This document shows, piece after piece, positions 23,561-32,865 of a stretch of 64,000 nucleotides of DNA. Below the pieces are notes generated by a model. The model did no database searches, had not been told where the DNA came from, and saw nothing but the letters and a program-made list of their open reading frames with translations. Where the stretch lies: the NCBI GenBank assembly GCA_031459875.1, contig JAVKHQ010000007.1, positions 1-64,000 of the forward strand. Reading direction: 5' to 3'. How positions within the stretch are numbered: the stretch's first letter is position 1; every line of letters begins with the position of its first letter. Position numbers and translations under genes: made by a program. The stretch is from Candidatus Fervidifonticultor sextus (lineage in GTDB: Bacteria > Sysuimicrobiota > Sysuimicrobiia > Sysuimicrobiales > Humicultoraceae).

Positions 23561-25850
23561 GTCCGACCCAGGTCAAGATTGTCCCCAGCAGGCGCGTGAA
23601 CTCCTCCACGCTGCCGATCGCATACTTCGCGGCGGTCGGATAGGGACTCGGGCCCACCTTGATGGTGACGGCGTGGTCCGCCAGCGCCAGGAAGGCGTCT
23701 TCATCGGTACGATCGTCGCCCGCATACACCACGGCGCACCGCACCGGCCAGTCCCCTCCCACCACGTGGTCCAGCAGCCACCGCGCGGCGTGCCCTTTGT
23801 GCCAGTCGACCGCCGGCCGGATTTCCAGGACCATCTTGCCCCGCCGCAGCACGAGTTTCCCCGGCGGTGCCCGTCCGATCTCCCCCAGGACGATCTGGCG
23901 GACCGCCTCCACCCGATCGCGGTCCACGAGTCGGTAGTGGACGCTGGCCGTCAGACCCTTGTCCTCCACGATGGCGCCCCGGATGCCGCGCAGCCGCTCC
24001 CGCAGGCGCCGGCTGCACGCGGCGATGAGGACACGGACCTCGCCGGCCTCCTTGCGCTCGGCGGCCCAGCCGGGTCCGGCCAGTTCGAACCCGTGGTTGC
24101 CGACGTAGATGACGTCCTTGAGGCCGACGCGCTCCCGGAGGTCGGGCAGGGCCCGGCCGCTGATGACCGCCACCAGGCACTGCGGTCGGCGGGCCAGCCG
24201 CGCCAGCAGTGCGCGCGTCAGCGGAGGCAGGGCCGCCTGGGCGGGGCGGTCCACCAGCGGCGCCAGCGTCCCGTCGAAGTCCACCAGGAGGGCCAGGCGG
24301 TCACGGGAGGTGATCGACTCGCGCAGGGCCAGCAGGTCGGCGAAGACCGACCGGGTGGCGGTCCGCCCGGCCATCAGGTGCGCCGCCGCCCGGAAGTGCT
24401 GCTCCATCCAGTAGTAGATGTCGTGATGGCGCAGGTGGGCGCGCATCTGACGCATCCGCTCCGCTCGCTCGGCGGGCGGCATGTGCAGCGCCTGCAGCAG
24501 TGCGTTGGCCATGCGCTCGGCATCGTACGGATTGACCGCCACCGACCAGGGCGCTTCGTCGGCGGCGCCGGCCAGTTCGCTCAGCACCAGCACGCCCCGG
24601 CCGTCGACCTGACAGGCGACGAACTCCTTGGCCACCAAGTTCATCCCGTCCTGGAGGGACGTGACCAGGCAGACGTCGGCCATCCGGTACAGTGCCGCCA
24701 TGCCCGCCGGCGCCAGCGGCGTGGGGATGTGGATGATCGGCTGCCAGTCTTCCGTCCCATAGGTAACGTTGATCCGCCGGATCTCCGCCCCGATTCGGTC
24801 CTGCAACTCGCGGTAAGCCCGAATCCGCGTGCGGCTCGGCGCGGACTTCTGGAGGAACGTGAAGCGACCACGGAGGCCCGGCGAGCGCTGGAAGAGCAAC
24901 TCGATGGCGCGGAGGCGTTCGGGGATCCCCTTGGTGTAGTCGAGGCGGTCCACACCCACCCCGACGAAGCGATCCCCGAGACGAAAGCGGCGGCGCAGCC
25001 GCGCCATCCAGCGCTGGCAGGCCCGCGAGGCAGCCAGACCTTCCCACGCGTCGGCATCGATGCTGATCGGGTGCGCCTGCACCCGCGTATAGCGTCCCCC
25101 GTACTCGACGATCCCCTCCTCCCGGTCCACCTCCGCACCCAGTTCGCGGGACGCGCAGTCGAGGAAGTTCTCCACGTGGCGCGGGAGGTGAAACGCCAGC
25201 AGGTCGTTGGCCAGCAGGCCTTCGATCAGGTCGGCGCTCTGGGGACAGATACGAAAGACGTCCCAGGCCGGCCAGGGGATGTGCCAGAAGTGCATCAGGA
25301 AGAGGTCGGGACGGGCTGCCCGCAGGTAGCGGGGGGTCAGGGCCAGGTGGTAGTCGTGGAGCCAGATCAGGGCGTCGGTGGAGACCGTCTCCAGCGTGGC
25401 CTCCGCAAAGCGTCGGTTCGTTATCTGGTACCCGGTCCAGTAGCGCCCCGCGAACCGGGCCTTGTCCACCGCCAGGTGGAACAGCGGCCACAGCGACTGA
25501 TTGGCGTAGCCGTGGTAGGACCGCTCCACCTCGTCCCGACTCAGGCGCACGCGGCGCAGGGTGTAGCGGGGCGCCTCCGGCGGCACGCGGACGCACCCCC
25601 GTTCGTCCGTCACGGTGAAGTCCGCGTCTCCGCTCCCCCAGGCCACCCACACGCCGCCGGAGGCCTGGAGGACCGGGTCGAGCGCCGCGACCAGGCCTCC
25701 CGCCGGCCTCTCGACCTCGAGGCCCCCCTCGCCCTGTCGGTGGACGTAGGGTTCCCGGTTGCTGACGACGACCAGGTGCCGCGAGCCCAGCAGGTCGCGA
25801 ACGGTCTGCTGGATCCTGGCGAGTTTCCCTGTCTGCACCTGTGTCAACAT
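23544..25850 (-). CDS. otsAB: Bifunctional trehalose-6-phosphate synthase/phosphatase (OtsA-OtsB fusion)
   Basis: GT20 motifs [39 protein letters not shown], followed by a HAD domain DFDGTL...[16 protein letters not shown] on minus strand at 25911-25916. Confidence 0.93.
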   Translation of the reverse strand: MLTQVQTGKLARIQQTVRDLLGSRHLVVVSNREPYVHRQGEGGLEVERPAGGLVAALDPVLQASGGVWVAWGSGDADFTVTDERGCVRVPPEAPRYTLRRVRLSRDEVERSYHGYANQSLWPLFHLAVDKARFAGRYWTGYQITNRRFAEATLETVSTDALIWLHDYHLALTPRYLRAARPDLFLMHFWHIPWPAWDVFRICPQSADLIEGLLANDLLAFHLPRHVENFLDCASRELGAEVDREEGIVEYGGRYTRVQAHPISIDADAWEGLAASRACQRWMARLRRRFRLGDRFVGVGVDRLDYTKGIPERLRAIELLFQRSPGLRGRFTFLQKSAPSRTRIRAYRELQDRIGAEIRRINVTYGTEDWQPIIHIPTPLAPAGMAALYRMADVCLVTSLQDGMNLVAKEFVACQVDGRGVLVLSELAGAADEAPWSVAVNPYDAERMANALLQALHMPPAERAERMRQMRAHLRHHDIYYWMEQHFRAAAHLMAGRTATRSVFADLLALRESITSRDRLALLVDFDGTLAPLVDRPAQAALPPLTRALLARLARRPQCLVAVISGRALPDLRERVGLKDVIYVGNHGFELAGPGWAAERKEAGEVRVLIAACSRRLRERLRGIRGAIVEDKGLTASVHYRLVDRDRVEAVRQIVLGEIGRAPPGKLVLRRGKMVLEIRPAVDWHKGHAARWLLDHVVGGDWPVRCAVVYAGDDRTDEDAFLALADHAVTIKVGPSPYPTAAKYAIGSVEEFTRLLGTILTWVGPRAPT

Positions 25851-26021
25851 GGCTGCGCTCTGGCACGCCTGCGGGGTCGACGACGGGCTCGGATCAAGAG
25901 GCGTACCCCGATTATACCCCGCGGAATAGCACGGTCGCCAGAACGCGGTGGTCGGCTGGAGCCGGGGCTGCAGACCTTCCGGATCTACCACGGGTCCTGG
26001 TACTTTGTCGGTCACGCGCGC

Positions 26022-26051
26022 TTGACAGCCCGCCGCCGCGTCCAGTACAGT
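26022..26051 (+). promoter_or_regulatory. sigma70-type promoter of the gltB leader
   Basis: TTGACA-N18-TACAGT directly upstream of the structured leader. Confidence 0.7.
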
Positions 26052-26114
26052 ACGTCCCAATAGCAGGCCGGGGGCCGCCCCGACGCGGCCTGGCGCGACC
26101 GGTCCTGCGTCAGC

Positions 26115-26229
26115 GAGGAAGTGCGCCTAGGGTTCCGCGGCCCAGACCACGGCCGGACCGGTCCAAGCGGCGCAGGCGGGAATCCACCCGCTACACCGTC
26201 GGGATAGAAGCCCGAGGGGGAGGTTCCTC
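26115..26229 (+). ncRNA. ykkC-family riboswitch aptamer, probably subtype 2a (ppGpp)
   Basis: GAGGAA-GTGCGCCTAGGGTTCCG...GGTCCAAGCGGCGCA-GGCGGG/CCCGCT-ACACCG-TCGGG-ATAGAAG-CCCGA-GGGGGAGG-TTCCTC. It has the ykkC core plus a P0 helix (GAGGAA/TTCCTC) and lies upstream of glutamate synthase. Confidence 0.85.
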
Positions 26230-26268
26230 AAGTCCCGGAGACGGGAGGAGCCCACCCCTCGGGTTTCT
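26208..26268 (+). terminator. Riboswitch expression-platform terminator
   Basis: AAGCCCGAGGGG..GGTTCCT pairs with AGGAGCC.CCCCTCGGGTTT around an inner TCCCG-GAGA-CGGGA stem, followed by a short T tail. It overlaps the aptamer 3' strand. Confidence 0.7.
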
Positions 26269-26292
26269 GCATTCAGCCGCGCCGGAGGTAGC

Positions 26293-29200
26293 ATGGCAGG
26301 GCCTGTCCCCTCCACCTGGGATCGGGAGCGAGACGCCTGCGGGGTCGGGTTCGTGGCCGACCGCCGCGGCCGGCGCAGCCATGCCATCCTGCGGCGGGCC
26401 CTGGCCGCGGTGGCGGCGATGAGCCATCGCGGCGCGGTGGCCGCCGACGCCAAGACCGGCGACGGCGCGGGGGTCCTGACGCACATCCCTTACACCCTGC
26501 TGCGCCGAGACCTGCGCTTGAGGACACCCAACGCCGACCTCGGCCTGGGGATGGTCTTCCTCCCGCAGGAGACCGACGCCGCGCGCCGGGCGTGGATGCT
26601 GATCGCCTCCACCCTGGAGGAGCATCACGTGCCGGTCCTCGGCTGGCGGCTGGTGCCGCTCGACCCGACGGCGCTGGGCGAGCATGCCCGCCGGACCATG
26701 CCGGAGATCACCCAGGTCGTCGTCGGCCGGCCCAAAGGGCACGACGATGAGGCCTTCGAGCGCACCCTCTACCGCGTGCGCCGCCTGATCGAGCGCCGGG
26801 CCGCGGCCGAAGGGCTGGGTGTCTACATCCCGTCCTTCTCGCACGCGACGGTGGTCTACAAGGGCCTCTTCGTCTCGCCGCAGTTGCCGAAGTTCTACCC
26901 CGACCTGGAGAACCCGGCATTCGAGACGGCCATCGCGGTCTTCCACCAGCGCTACAGCACCAACACCTTCCCGTCGTGGCCGCTGGCCCAGCCGTTCCGC
27001 CTGCTGGCGCACAACGGCGAGATCAACACGCTCCAGGGCAACGTGACCTGGATGACCGCGCGCGAGGCGCTGCTGCGCTCCCCCCTGTGGCCCGAAGGCC
27101 TCGGCCGCGTGCTGCCGGTCATCCAGCCCGGCGGCAGCGATTCCGCCATGCTGGACAACGTGCTGGAACTGTTGACGCGCAGCGGCCGGGACCTCCTGCA
27201 CGCCATGCTCATGCTGGTGCCCAGCGCCTGGGAAGGCATCCCCGACCTCCCCGAGGCGGTGCGCGCCTTCTTCGAGTTCCACGGGTGCCTGGTCGAGCCG
27301 TGGGACGGGCCGGCGGCGCTGGCCTTCTCCGACGGCCGGTACGCCGCGGCCGCGCTGGACCGCAACGGGCTGCGGCCGGCTCGGTACGTGATCACGCGGG
27401 ACGGGCTGGTCGTGGTGGCCTCGGAGGCGGGCGTGCTGGACGTCCCGCCGGACCAGGTCGTGGAGAAGGGCCGGCTGGGACCCGGGCAGGTCCTCGCGGT
27501 CGACACCTTCAAGGGGATTGTGCTGCACGACGAGGAGGTCAAGGGCCTGCTCGCCATGCGCAGGCCCTACGCCGACTGGCTGGAGCGCCACCTCATCAGG
27601 CTGGGCGCGTGCCGTGCCGCCGCGCCGCTGGAGGTCCCGCCCGATCTTGTGGCGCAGCAACGGGTCTTCGGCTTCACCGGCGAGGACCTCCACCGGGTGC
27701 TGCGGCCCATGGTCGAGGAGGGTAAGGACCCGGTCTTCTCCATGGGCGACGACACGCCGCTCGCGGCGCTGACCGACCGGCCGCGCACGCTGGCGGACTA
27801 CTTCCGGCAGCGGTTCGCTCAGGTGACCAACCCGCCCATCGACCCGCTGCGCGAACGCCTGGTCATGTCGCTGGCCACCTACCTGGGGCCGCAGCGCAGC
27901 CTGCTGGAGGAGGATCCCCAACACGCCCGGCTCGTCCACCTGCCCTCGCCGGTCCTGACGGCCGAGATGGTGGAGGCGATCCGCGCCCACAGCCCGGCGC
28001 CGGTGGCGCGGCTGTCGGTGCTGTTTCCGGCCGCCTGCGGCCCCGGGGGGATGCGCGCCGCGCTGGAGGCGCTGCTCGATGCGGCCGCACAGGCGGTGCG
28101 CGGCGGCGCGGGCATCCTCATGCTGAGCGATCGGGGCGCCACCCCGGAGCGGGCGCCGATCCCGATGCTGCTGGCCGTCTCGGCGGTCCACCACGGGCTG
28201 ATCCGGGCGGGCCTGCGCGCGCGGTGCGGCCTGCTGGTCGAAGCCGGCGAGGCCAAGGACATCCACCAGATCGCGTGCCTGATCGGCTACGGTGCGAGCG
28301 GGGTCTATTCCTACCTGGTCCACCAGACCATCGCCGCCGAGGCCGCCGACCCCCACGAGGCGCACCGGCGCATCGAGGTCTGGCGGCAGGCGGTCGAAGC
28401 CGGCCTCCTCAAGATCATGTCGAAGATGGGGATCAGCACCCTCTCGGCCTACCACGGCGCGCAGATCTTCGAGGCGGTCGGCCTGGCGCAGGACGTGATC
28501 GACCGCTACTTTCCGGGAACGCCGTCGCGCCTGGGCGGCGCGACCCTGGAGGACCTGGCCGCCACCGTGCTGGCCCGCCACGCCGGGGCCTACCGGACCA
28601 GCGGCCCGGTGCTGGAGACCGGATGGCTGCGCTTCCGCAAGGGCGGAGAATACCACGCGTTCAACCCGGAGGTCATCAAGGCCATCCATCGGATCGCCCG
28701 CGGCGAGGGATCGGGCAACGGGGACCCGCACCGCCACCTCGCCGCGCTGGTCGAGGGCCGGCCGCCGACGGCGGTCCGCGATCTGCTGGAGTTCGTCCCC
28801 GGCGATCCCGTGCCCCTCGAAGAGGTCGAACCCGCCTCACAGATCATCAGGCGCTTCGTCATCTCGGCGATGTCCCACGGCGCGCTCTCCCTGGAGGCCC
28901 ACCAGACCCTGGCCATCGCCGCCAACCGGATCGGCGCGCGGTCGAACTCCGGGGAAGGCGGCGAGGATCCTGCCCGCTATGCGCCCCGGCCGGATGGCGA
29001 CTCGGCGAACAGCACCATCAAGCAGATCGCCTCGGCGCGCTTCGGGGTCACCCCCGCCTACGTCCGCTCGGCGGTGGAGCTCGAGATCAAGATGGCCCAG
29101 GGCAGCAAGCCGGGCGAGGGCGGCCAGCTCCCGGGCCACAAGGTCAGCGAGGAGATCGCGCGCATCCGGCGGTCCCAGCCCGGCATCACGCTGATCTCCC

Positions 29201-30858
29201 CGCCGCCCCACCACGACATCTACAGCATCGAGGATCTGGCCCAGTTGATCTACGACCTCAAGGCGGTCCACCCGCAGGCCCGGGTGGCGGTGAAGCTGGT
29301 CGCCGAGACCGGTGTCGGGACCATTGCGGCCGGGGTCGCCAAGGGGTACGCCGACACGATCCAGATCAGCGGGCTGGACGGCGGGACCGGCGCCTCGCCG
29401 CTGGATTCGATCAAGCACGCGGGACTGCCCTGGGAAATCGGCCTGGCCGAGACCCAGCGGGTGCTAATCGATAGCGGCCTGCGGGGCCGGGTGCGGCTGC
29501 GGGTGGACGGCGGCCTGAAGACCGCGCGGGACGTGGTCATCGCCGCGGCGCTGGGGGCCGATGAGTTCGGCTTCGGCAGCGCTGTGGTGACCGCGCTGGG
29601 GTGCGTGATGGCCCGCCAGTGCCACCTCAACACCTGCCCGGTCGGCATCGCGACCCAGCGCGAGGACCTGCGCCGCAAGTTTCCGGGCACGCCGGAGCAC
29701 GTGATCAACTTCCTGGTCGGGCTGGCAGAGCAGGTCCGCAGGCTGCTCGCGGACCTGGGCGTGCGCCGCCTGGACGAGATCATCGGCCGGGCCGACCGGC
29801 TGCGTCCCAGGATGCCCGGACGGTCCGGGCCCGAAAGGCCAAGGCCGGCAGCCTCCGGGGAACGGGAGCGCCCACGCCTTGATGTCGCGGCACTGCTCGC
29901 GAGTTATCCTCCGCCGCACGACGACCGGCCGCGCCGTTGTCTGGCCGAGCGCAACGCGCGCCCCGACGAGCCCTATGACGAGACCCACCTGATGCCGCTG
30001 CTGCCGGCGATCGAAGCCGGCCAGCCCGTGGAACTCCACCTGCCGCTACGCAACGTGCACCGCGCGGTCGCTTCCAGGCTGGCCGGGGCGATCGCGTCCC
30101 GATGGGGGGACGCCGGGCTCCCGGAGGGGTCGGTGCGCCTCCACTTTACCGGTGCCGCCGGCCAGTCGTTCGGCGCCTTCCTCCTCCCCGGCATGCACCT
30201 GCACCTGGTCGGCGAGGCCAACGACTACGTGGGCAAGAGCATGGCCGGCGGCGAGATCGTCCTGACTCCGCCGGCGCCGCTGCGGGCCGAGAGCCACCGC
30301 CACGTGATCGCGGGCAACACGCTCCTCTACGGCGCGACCGGGGGTCGGTTCTTCGCCGCCGGCCGGGTCGGCGAACGCTTCGCCGTGCGCAACAGCGGCG
30401 CGGTGGCGGTCGTCGAGGGCGCGGGCGACCACGCCTGCGAGTACATGACCGGCGGGGTCGTGGTGGTCCTGGGCGAGACCGGCCGGAACTTCGGCGCGGG
30501 CATGACGGGCGGCGAAGCGTTCGTCTACGACGACGCCGGGACCTTCCCCCACCGGTACAACACGCAGCTCGTGACGATCACCCGGCTGACCCCCGACGAT
30601 GCCGACCGTCTGCGCGACCTCGTGGCGGCGCACCACCGGGCGACCGGCAGCCGCCGCGCGCGGATGCTGCTCGGCAACTGGGAAGCCCACACGATGAAGT
30701 TCTGGAAGGTTGCCCCCAAGGCCCCGGACAAGCCGGCGCCGGGCCCCGGGACCTCCGGCCGGGCGCGCGAGGGGGCGATGCCGGCGGGGCCCGCGACTGA
30801 ACCTGCCGGCCTCGCCGTGATCCGGCACAGAGGGCTATCGCCCCAAGCGTGGGCCTAG
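26293..30858 (+). CDS. gltB: Glutamate synthase large subunit (no adjacent small subunit)
   Basis: ERDA|CGVGF N-terminal Cys, HQRYSTNT, HNGEINT, QGSKPGEGGQLPG, CVMARQCHLNTCP 3Fe-4S motif, GXGXG domain. Confidence 0.97.
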   Translation: MAGPVPSTWDRERDACGVGFVADRRGRRSHAILRRALAAVAAMSHRGAVAADAKTGDGAGVLTHIPYTLLRRDLRLRTPNADLGLGMVFLPQETDAARRAWMLIASTLEEHHVPVLGWRLVPLDPTALGEHARRTMPEITQVVVGRPKGHDDEAFERTLYRVRRLIERRAAAEGLGVYIPSFSHATVVYKGLFVSPQLPKFYPDLENPAFETAIAVFHQRYSTNTFPSWPLAQPFRLLAHNGEINTLQGNVTWMTAREALLRSPLWPEGLGRVLPVIQPGGSDSAMLDNVLELLTRSGRDLLHAMLMLVPSAWEGIPDLPEAVRAFFEFHGCLVEPWDGPAALAFSDGRYAAAALDRNGLRPARYVITRDGLVVVASEAGVLDVPPDQVVEKGRLGPGQVLAVDTFKGIVLHDEEVKGLLAMRRPYADWLERHLIRLGACRAAAPLEVPPDLVAQQRVFGFTGEDLHRVLRPMVEEGKDPVFSMGDDTPLAALTDRPRTLADYFRQRFAQVTNPPIDPLRERLVMSLATYLGPQRSLLEEDPQHARLVHLPSPVLTAEMVEAIRAHSPAPVARLSVLFPAACGPGGMRAALEALLDAAAQAVRGGAGILMLSDRGATPERAPIPMLLAVSAVHHGLIRAGLRARCGLLVEAGEAKDIHQIACLIGYGASGVYSYLVHQTIAAEAADPHEAHRRIEVWRQAVEAGLLKIMSKMGISTLSAYHGAQIFEAVGLAQDVIDRYFPGTPSRLGGATLEDLAATVLARHAGAYRTSGPVLETGWLRFRKGGEYHAFNPEVIKAIHRIARGEGSGNGDPHRHLAALVEGRPPTAVRDLLEFVPGDPVPLEEVEPASQIIRRFVISAMSHGALSLEAHQTLAIAANRIGARSNSGEGGEDPARYAPRPDGDSANSTIKQIASARFGVTPAYVRSAVELEIKMAQGSKPGEGGQLPGHKVSEEIARIRRSQPGITLISPPPHHDIYSIEDLAQLIYDLKAVHPQARVAVKLVAETGVGTIAAGVAKGYADTIQISGLDGGTGASPLDSIKHAGLPWEIGLAETQRVLIDSGLRGRVRLRVDGGLKTARDVVIAAALGADEFGFGSAVVTALGCVMARQCHLNTCPVGIATQREDLRRKFPGTPEHVINFLVGLAEQVRRLLADLGVRRLDEIIGRADRLRPRMPGRSGPERPRPAASGERERPRLDVAALLASYPPPHDDRPRRCLAERNARPDEPYDETHLMPLLPAIEAGQPVELHLPLRNVHRAVASRLAGAIASRWGDAGLPEGSVRLHFTGAAGQSFGAFLLPGMHLHLVGEANDYVGKSMAGGEIVLTPPAPLRAESHRHVIAGNTLLYGATGGRFFAAGRVGERFAVRNSGAVAVVEGAGDHACEYMTGGVVVVLGETGRNFGAGMTGGEAFVYDDAGTFPHRYNTQLVTITRLTPDDADRLRDLVAAHHRATGSRRARMLLGNWEAHTMKFWKVAPKAPDKPAPGPGTSGRAREGAMPAGPATEPAGLAVIRHRGLSPQAWA

Positions 30859-31431
30859 GGTGCTGGCTTCAGCAGTGACCCTCTGCAGCTCCTCGGCGAC
30901 ACCTTCGGTTCCCGCCCGCGCCTGAAGGTAGGCCGAATCCAGATCCCTGTGGAGGGCCAGGATCGCGATGCACCACTCGCGGGCCTCGGTGTCGTTCCAG
31001 TGCACCACGGCATTGAGCCGATCCACGAGCAGGTCTTCGATGCCGATAATCTGGATAGGTCCTTCGTCGGTGTCCACGCGTGTCAGCCGTGCGGGATCAC
31101 CCGCCAGGGGAGGGGCCGGGAAGTCCACAACCACGTCGGTTTCGACGTGGACCCACGCCCCGTCGTGGCGCTCGAATCCCAGCAGGGGGAGGACCTCCGC
31201 GATCCGCCGGGCGGACACGCTGGTCACCAGGTCGACGTCCCGGGAAAGGTACGCGCCCCCTGTGTAGAACGAGACCGCCGAGCCGCCCACGACCACGACC
31301 GAATCTCCGGTCTTGCCCAACACCCTGGCAATGACAGCGGCAGTGCGGAGTTGGACCTCCAGCGGGCTGGCCAGGTCCTTCAGCGCGGCCAGGTCCGCCC
31401 GCGCCCGCACGAGCAGGGGGTCCTCGCTCAT
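30835..31431 (-). CDS. Pol-beta superfamily nucleotidyltransferase (DUF6036/AbiEii-like)
   Basis: VVVVGGSAVSFY...SRDVDLV motif and EDLLVDRL helix; ATG 31431 overlaps the stop of the upstream small ORF. Confidence 0.72.
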   Translation of the reverse strand: MSEDPLLVRARADLAALKDLASPLEVQLRTAAVIARVLGKTGDSVVVVGGSAVSFYTGGAYLSRDVDLVTSVSARRIAEVLPLLGFERHDGAWVHVETDVVVDFPAPPLAGDPARLTRVDTDEGPIQIIGIEDLLVDRLNAVVHWNDTEAREWCIAILALHRDLDSAYLQARAGTEGVAEELQRVTAEASTLGPRLGR

Positions 31432-31646
31432 AGGGTGCGGGGCGAAGAGACTAACCGGTAGGCGCGGGGGCCCTGCTTCACCAGCCGGGTTGCAAACGCA
31501 CGCCGCCCGATCCGCAGCGAGAGTGCGCGCAGGGCCGCCGCCTCGCCAGGATCCCGCGGACGGCGACGAATGCCCCGGGGACGCAACGCCCGCGCGGGCA
31601 TCGCTTCCCGCCAGAGTGAGCGGATCAGCCTGCGCAGTTCGCTCAC
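31428..31646 (-). CDS. Small basic hypothetical protein, possible partner of the nucleotidyltransferase
   Basis: 72 aa, GTG start about 8 nt after GGGAGG, ATGA translational coupling to the next gene. Confidence 0.45.
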   Translation of the reverse strand: MSELRRLIRSLWREAMPARALRPRGIRRRPRDPGEAAALRALSLRIGRRAFATRLVKQGPRAYRLVSSPRTL

Positions 31647-31731
31647 CGCGCATCCCTCCCGGATGTTCGCCCCGGCTTCCTGTTCCTACGGTACCGGAAG
31701 GCGAGGGGCAACGACAACCTTCGGCCGGGCG

Positions 31732-32229
31732 TTACGGGCGCGACCCGGCAAGCCGCCGCGCCTCGATCGCCCGGTGCACCCGCGCCATCACCGGCACGCC
31801 GCCTGCGATGAGGACCACCTCGCTCGCCAGCAGGGGCGGGAAGAGCACGCCGAAGGGAACCCGCAGGATCACCGAGAGCATCAGGCTCACGGCCGCGGCG
31901 ATCACCAGCGCGTAGGCCAGAGCGCCGATCCACGGAGCGCGCCGGCCGCCGAGCACGCACAGGGCGGCACCGACCAGATTGGCCAGCGGCATGAAGCCCA
32001 GTTCCCAGGGACCCACCTGGGGACTGGTCAGATTGCTGAGGAAGTTGCCGACGACGAAAGCGGCCACCAGGTGCGGCCGCCAGATCACCAGCGACTTGAG
32101 CGCCTCCGGCAGGCGGAACTGCACCGGGCCGTAGCTGATGGGGCCGAAGGCGATCGTCAGCGCCGCATAGGCCGCGGCGACCACACAGACCTCGGCCAGC
32201 GCCCGCAGCCCCCCGGCCCTGGCGGTCAC
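31732..32229 (-). CDS. queT: Queuosine precursor transporter QueT
   Basis: AAAYAALTIAFGPISYGPVQFRLPEAL...GNFLSNL signature; directly downstream of queF. Confidence 0.88.
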   Translation of the reverse strand: MTARAGGLRALAEVCVVAAAYAALTIAFGPISYGPVQFRLPEALKSLVIWRPHLVAAFVVGNFLSNLTSPQVGPWELGFMPLANLVGAALCVLGGRRAPWIGALAYALVIAAAVSLMLSVILRVPFGVLFPPLLASEVVLIAGGVPVMARVHRAIEARRLAGSRP

Positions 32230-32233
32230 AAAC

Positions 32234-32707
32234 CTACTCCCGTCGGCCTGCCCCTGCGCCCGCCTCTCCGGCAGGGCTCCCGGCGCCGCCGTCGGGCCAG
32301 CGGACCGTGACGGTCGTGTGGACGCCGCCCCGGATGTTGTAGTCCAGCACGAGTTCCATCCATTTAGGGTCGGTGGCGCCGACCAGGTCCAGGAGGATCC
32401 GGTTGGCGGCGTGTTCCTGATAGATGCCGACGTTGCGGTAGGAGTGCAGGTAGTATTTGAGCGACTTGAGCTCGAGCACGCGCTCGCGGGGGACGTACCG
32501 GACGGTGAGCCGGCCGAAGTCCGGCAGCCCCGACCACGGGCAGACGGCGGTGAACTCTTCGGTGGAAATCTCCACCACGGCGTCGCTGCCTGGATACTCG
32601 TAGGGAAAGGTCTCGAGGCGCGCGGCATTGATCCGGTCGTAGCCCTCGATGTCCCACCGCTGCTCGCCGACGGCGGCGCCGGCAGCCTGGCTCCCGGAGC
32701 GGCTCAT
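32234..32707 (-). CDS. queF: preQ0 reductase (preQ1 synthase), unimodular
   Basis: EFTAVCPWSGLPDFG, ELKSLKYYL, RGGVHTTV; promoter TTGCCG-N17-TATGAT on minus strand at about 32744-32772. Confidence 0.93.
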   Translation of the reverse strand: MSRSGSQAAGAAVGEQRWDIEGYDRINAARLETFPYEYPGSDAVVEISTEEFTAVCPWSGLPDFGRLTVRYVPRERVLELKSLKYYLHSYRNVGIYQEHAANRILLDLVGATDPKWMELVLDYNIRGGVHTTVTVRWPDGGAGSPAGEAGAGAGRRE

Positions 32708-32865
32708 CTCGACACCTCCCCGTACTGGCGGTCCCTTGCCAGCATCATACGCGCCTCCCGGGGCAGCGGCAACGGGCGGGCTCCCGCCGATAGGCCCGGA
32801 GGGCCGAGACGACGAACCATGAGCAATGGTCTCTCACTGAGAGTGGGAACAGCGAGGAGGATGCC

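Noticed and set aside
26115..26229. Guanidine-I riboswitch
   Set aside because: The P0 helix is present and the downstream gene is gltB, not a guanidine exporter or carboxylase.
32708..32745. Hairpin CTGGC-AAGGGACC-GCCAG in the queF leader as a preQ1-I riboswitch
   Set aside because: It lacks the conserved loop residues and the A-rich 3' tail of preQ1-I.
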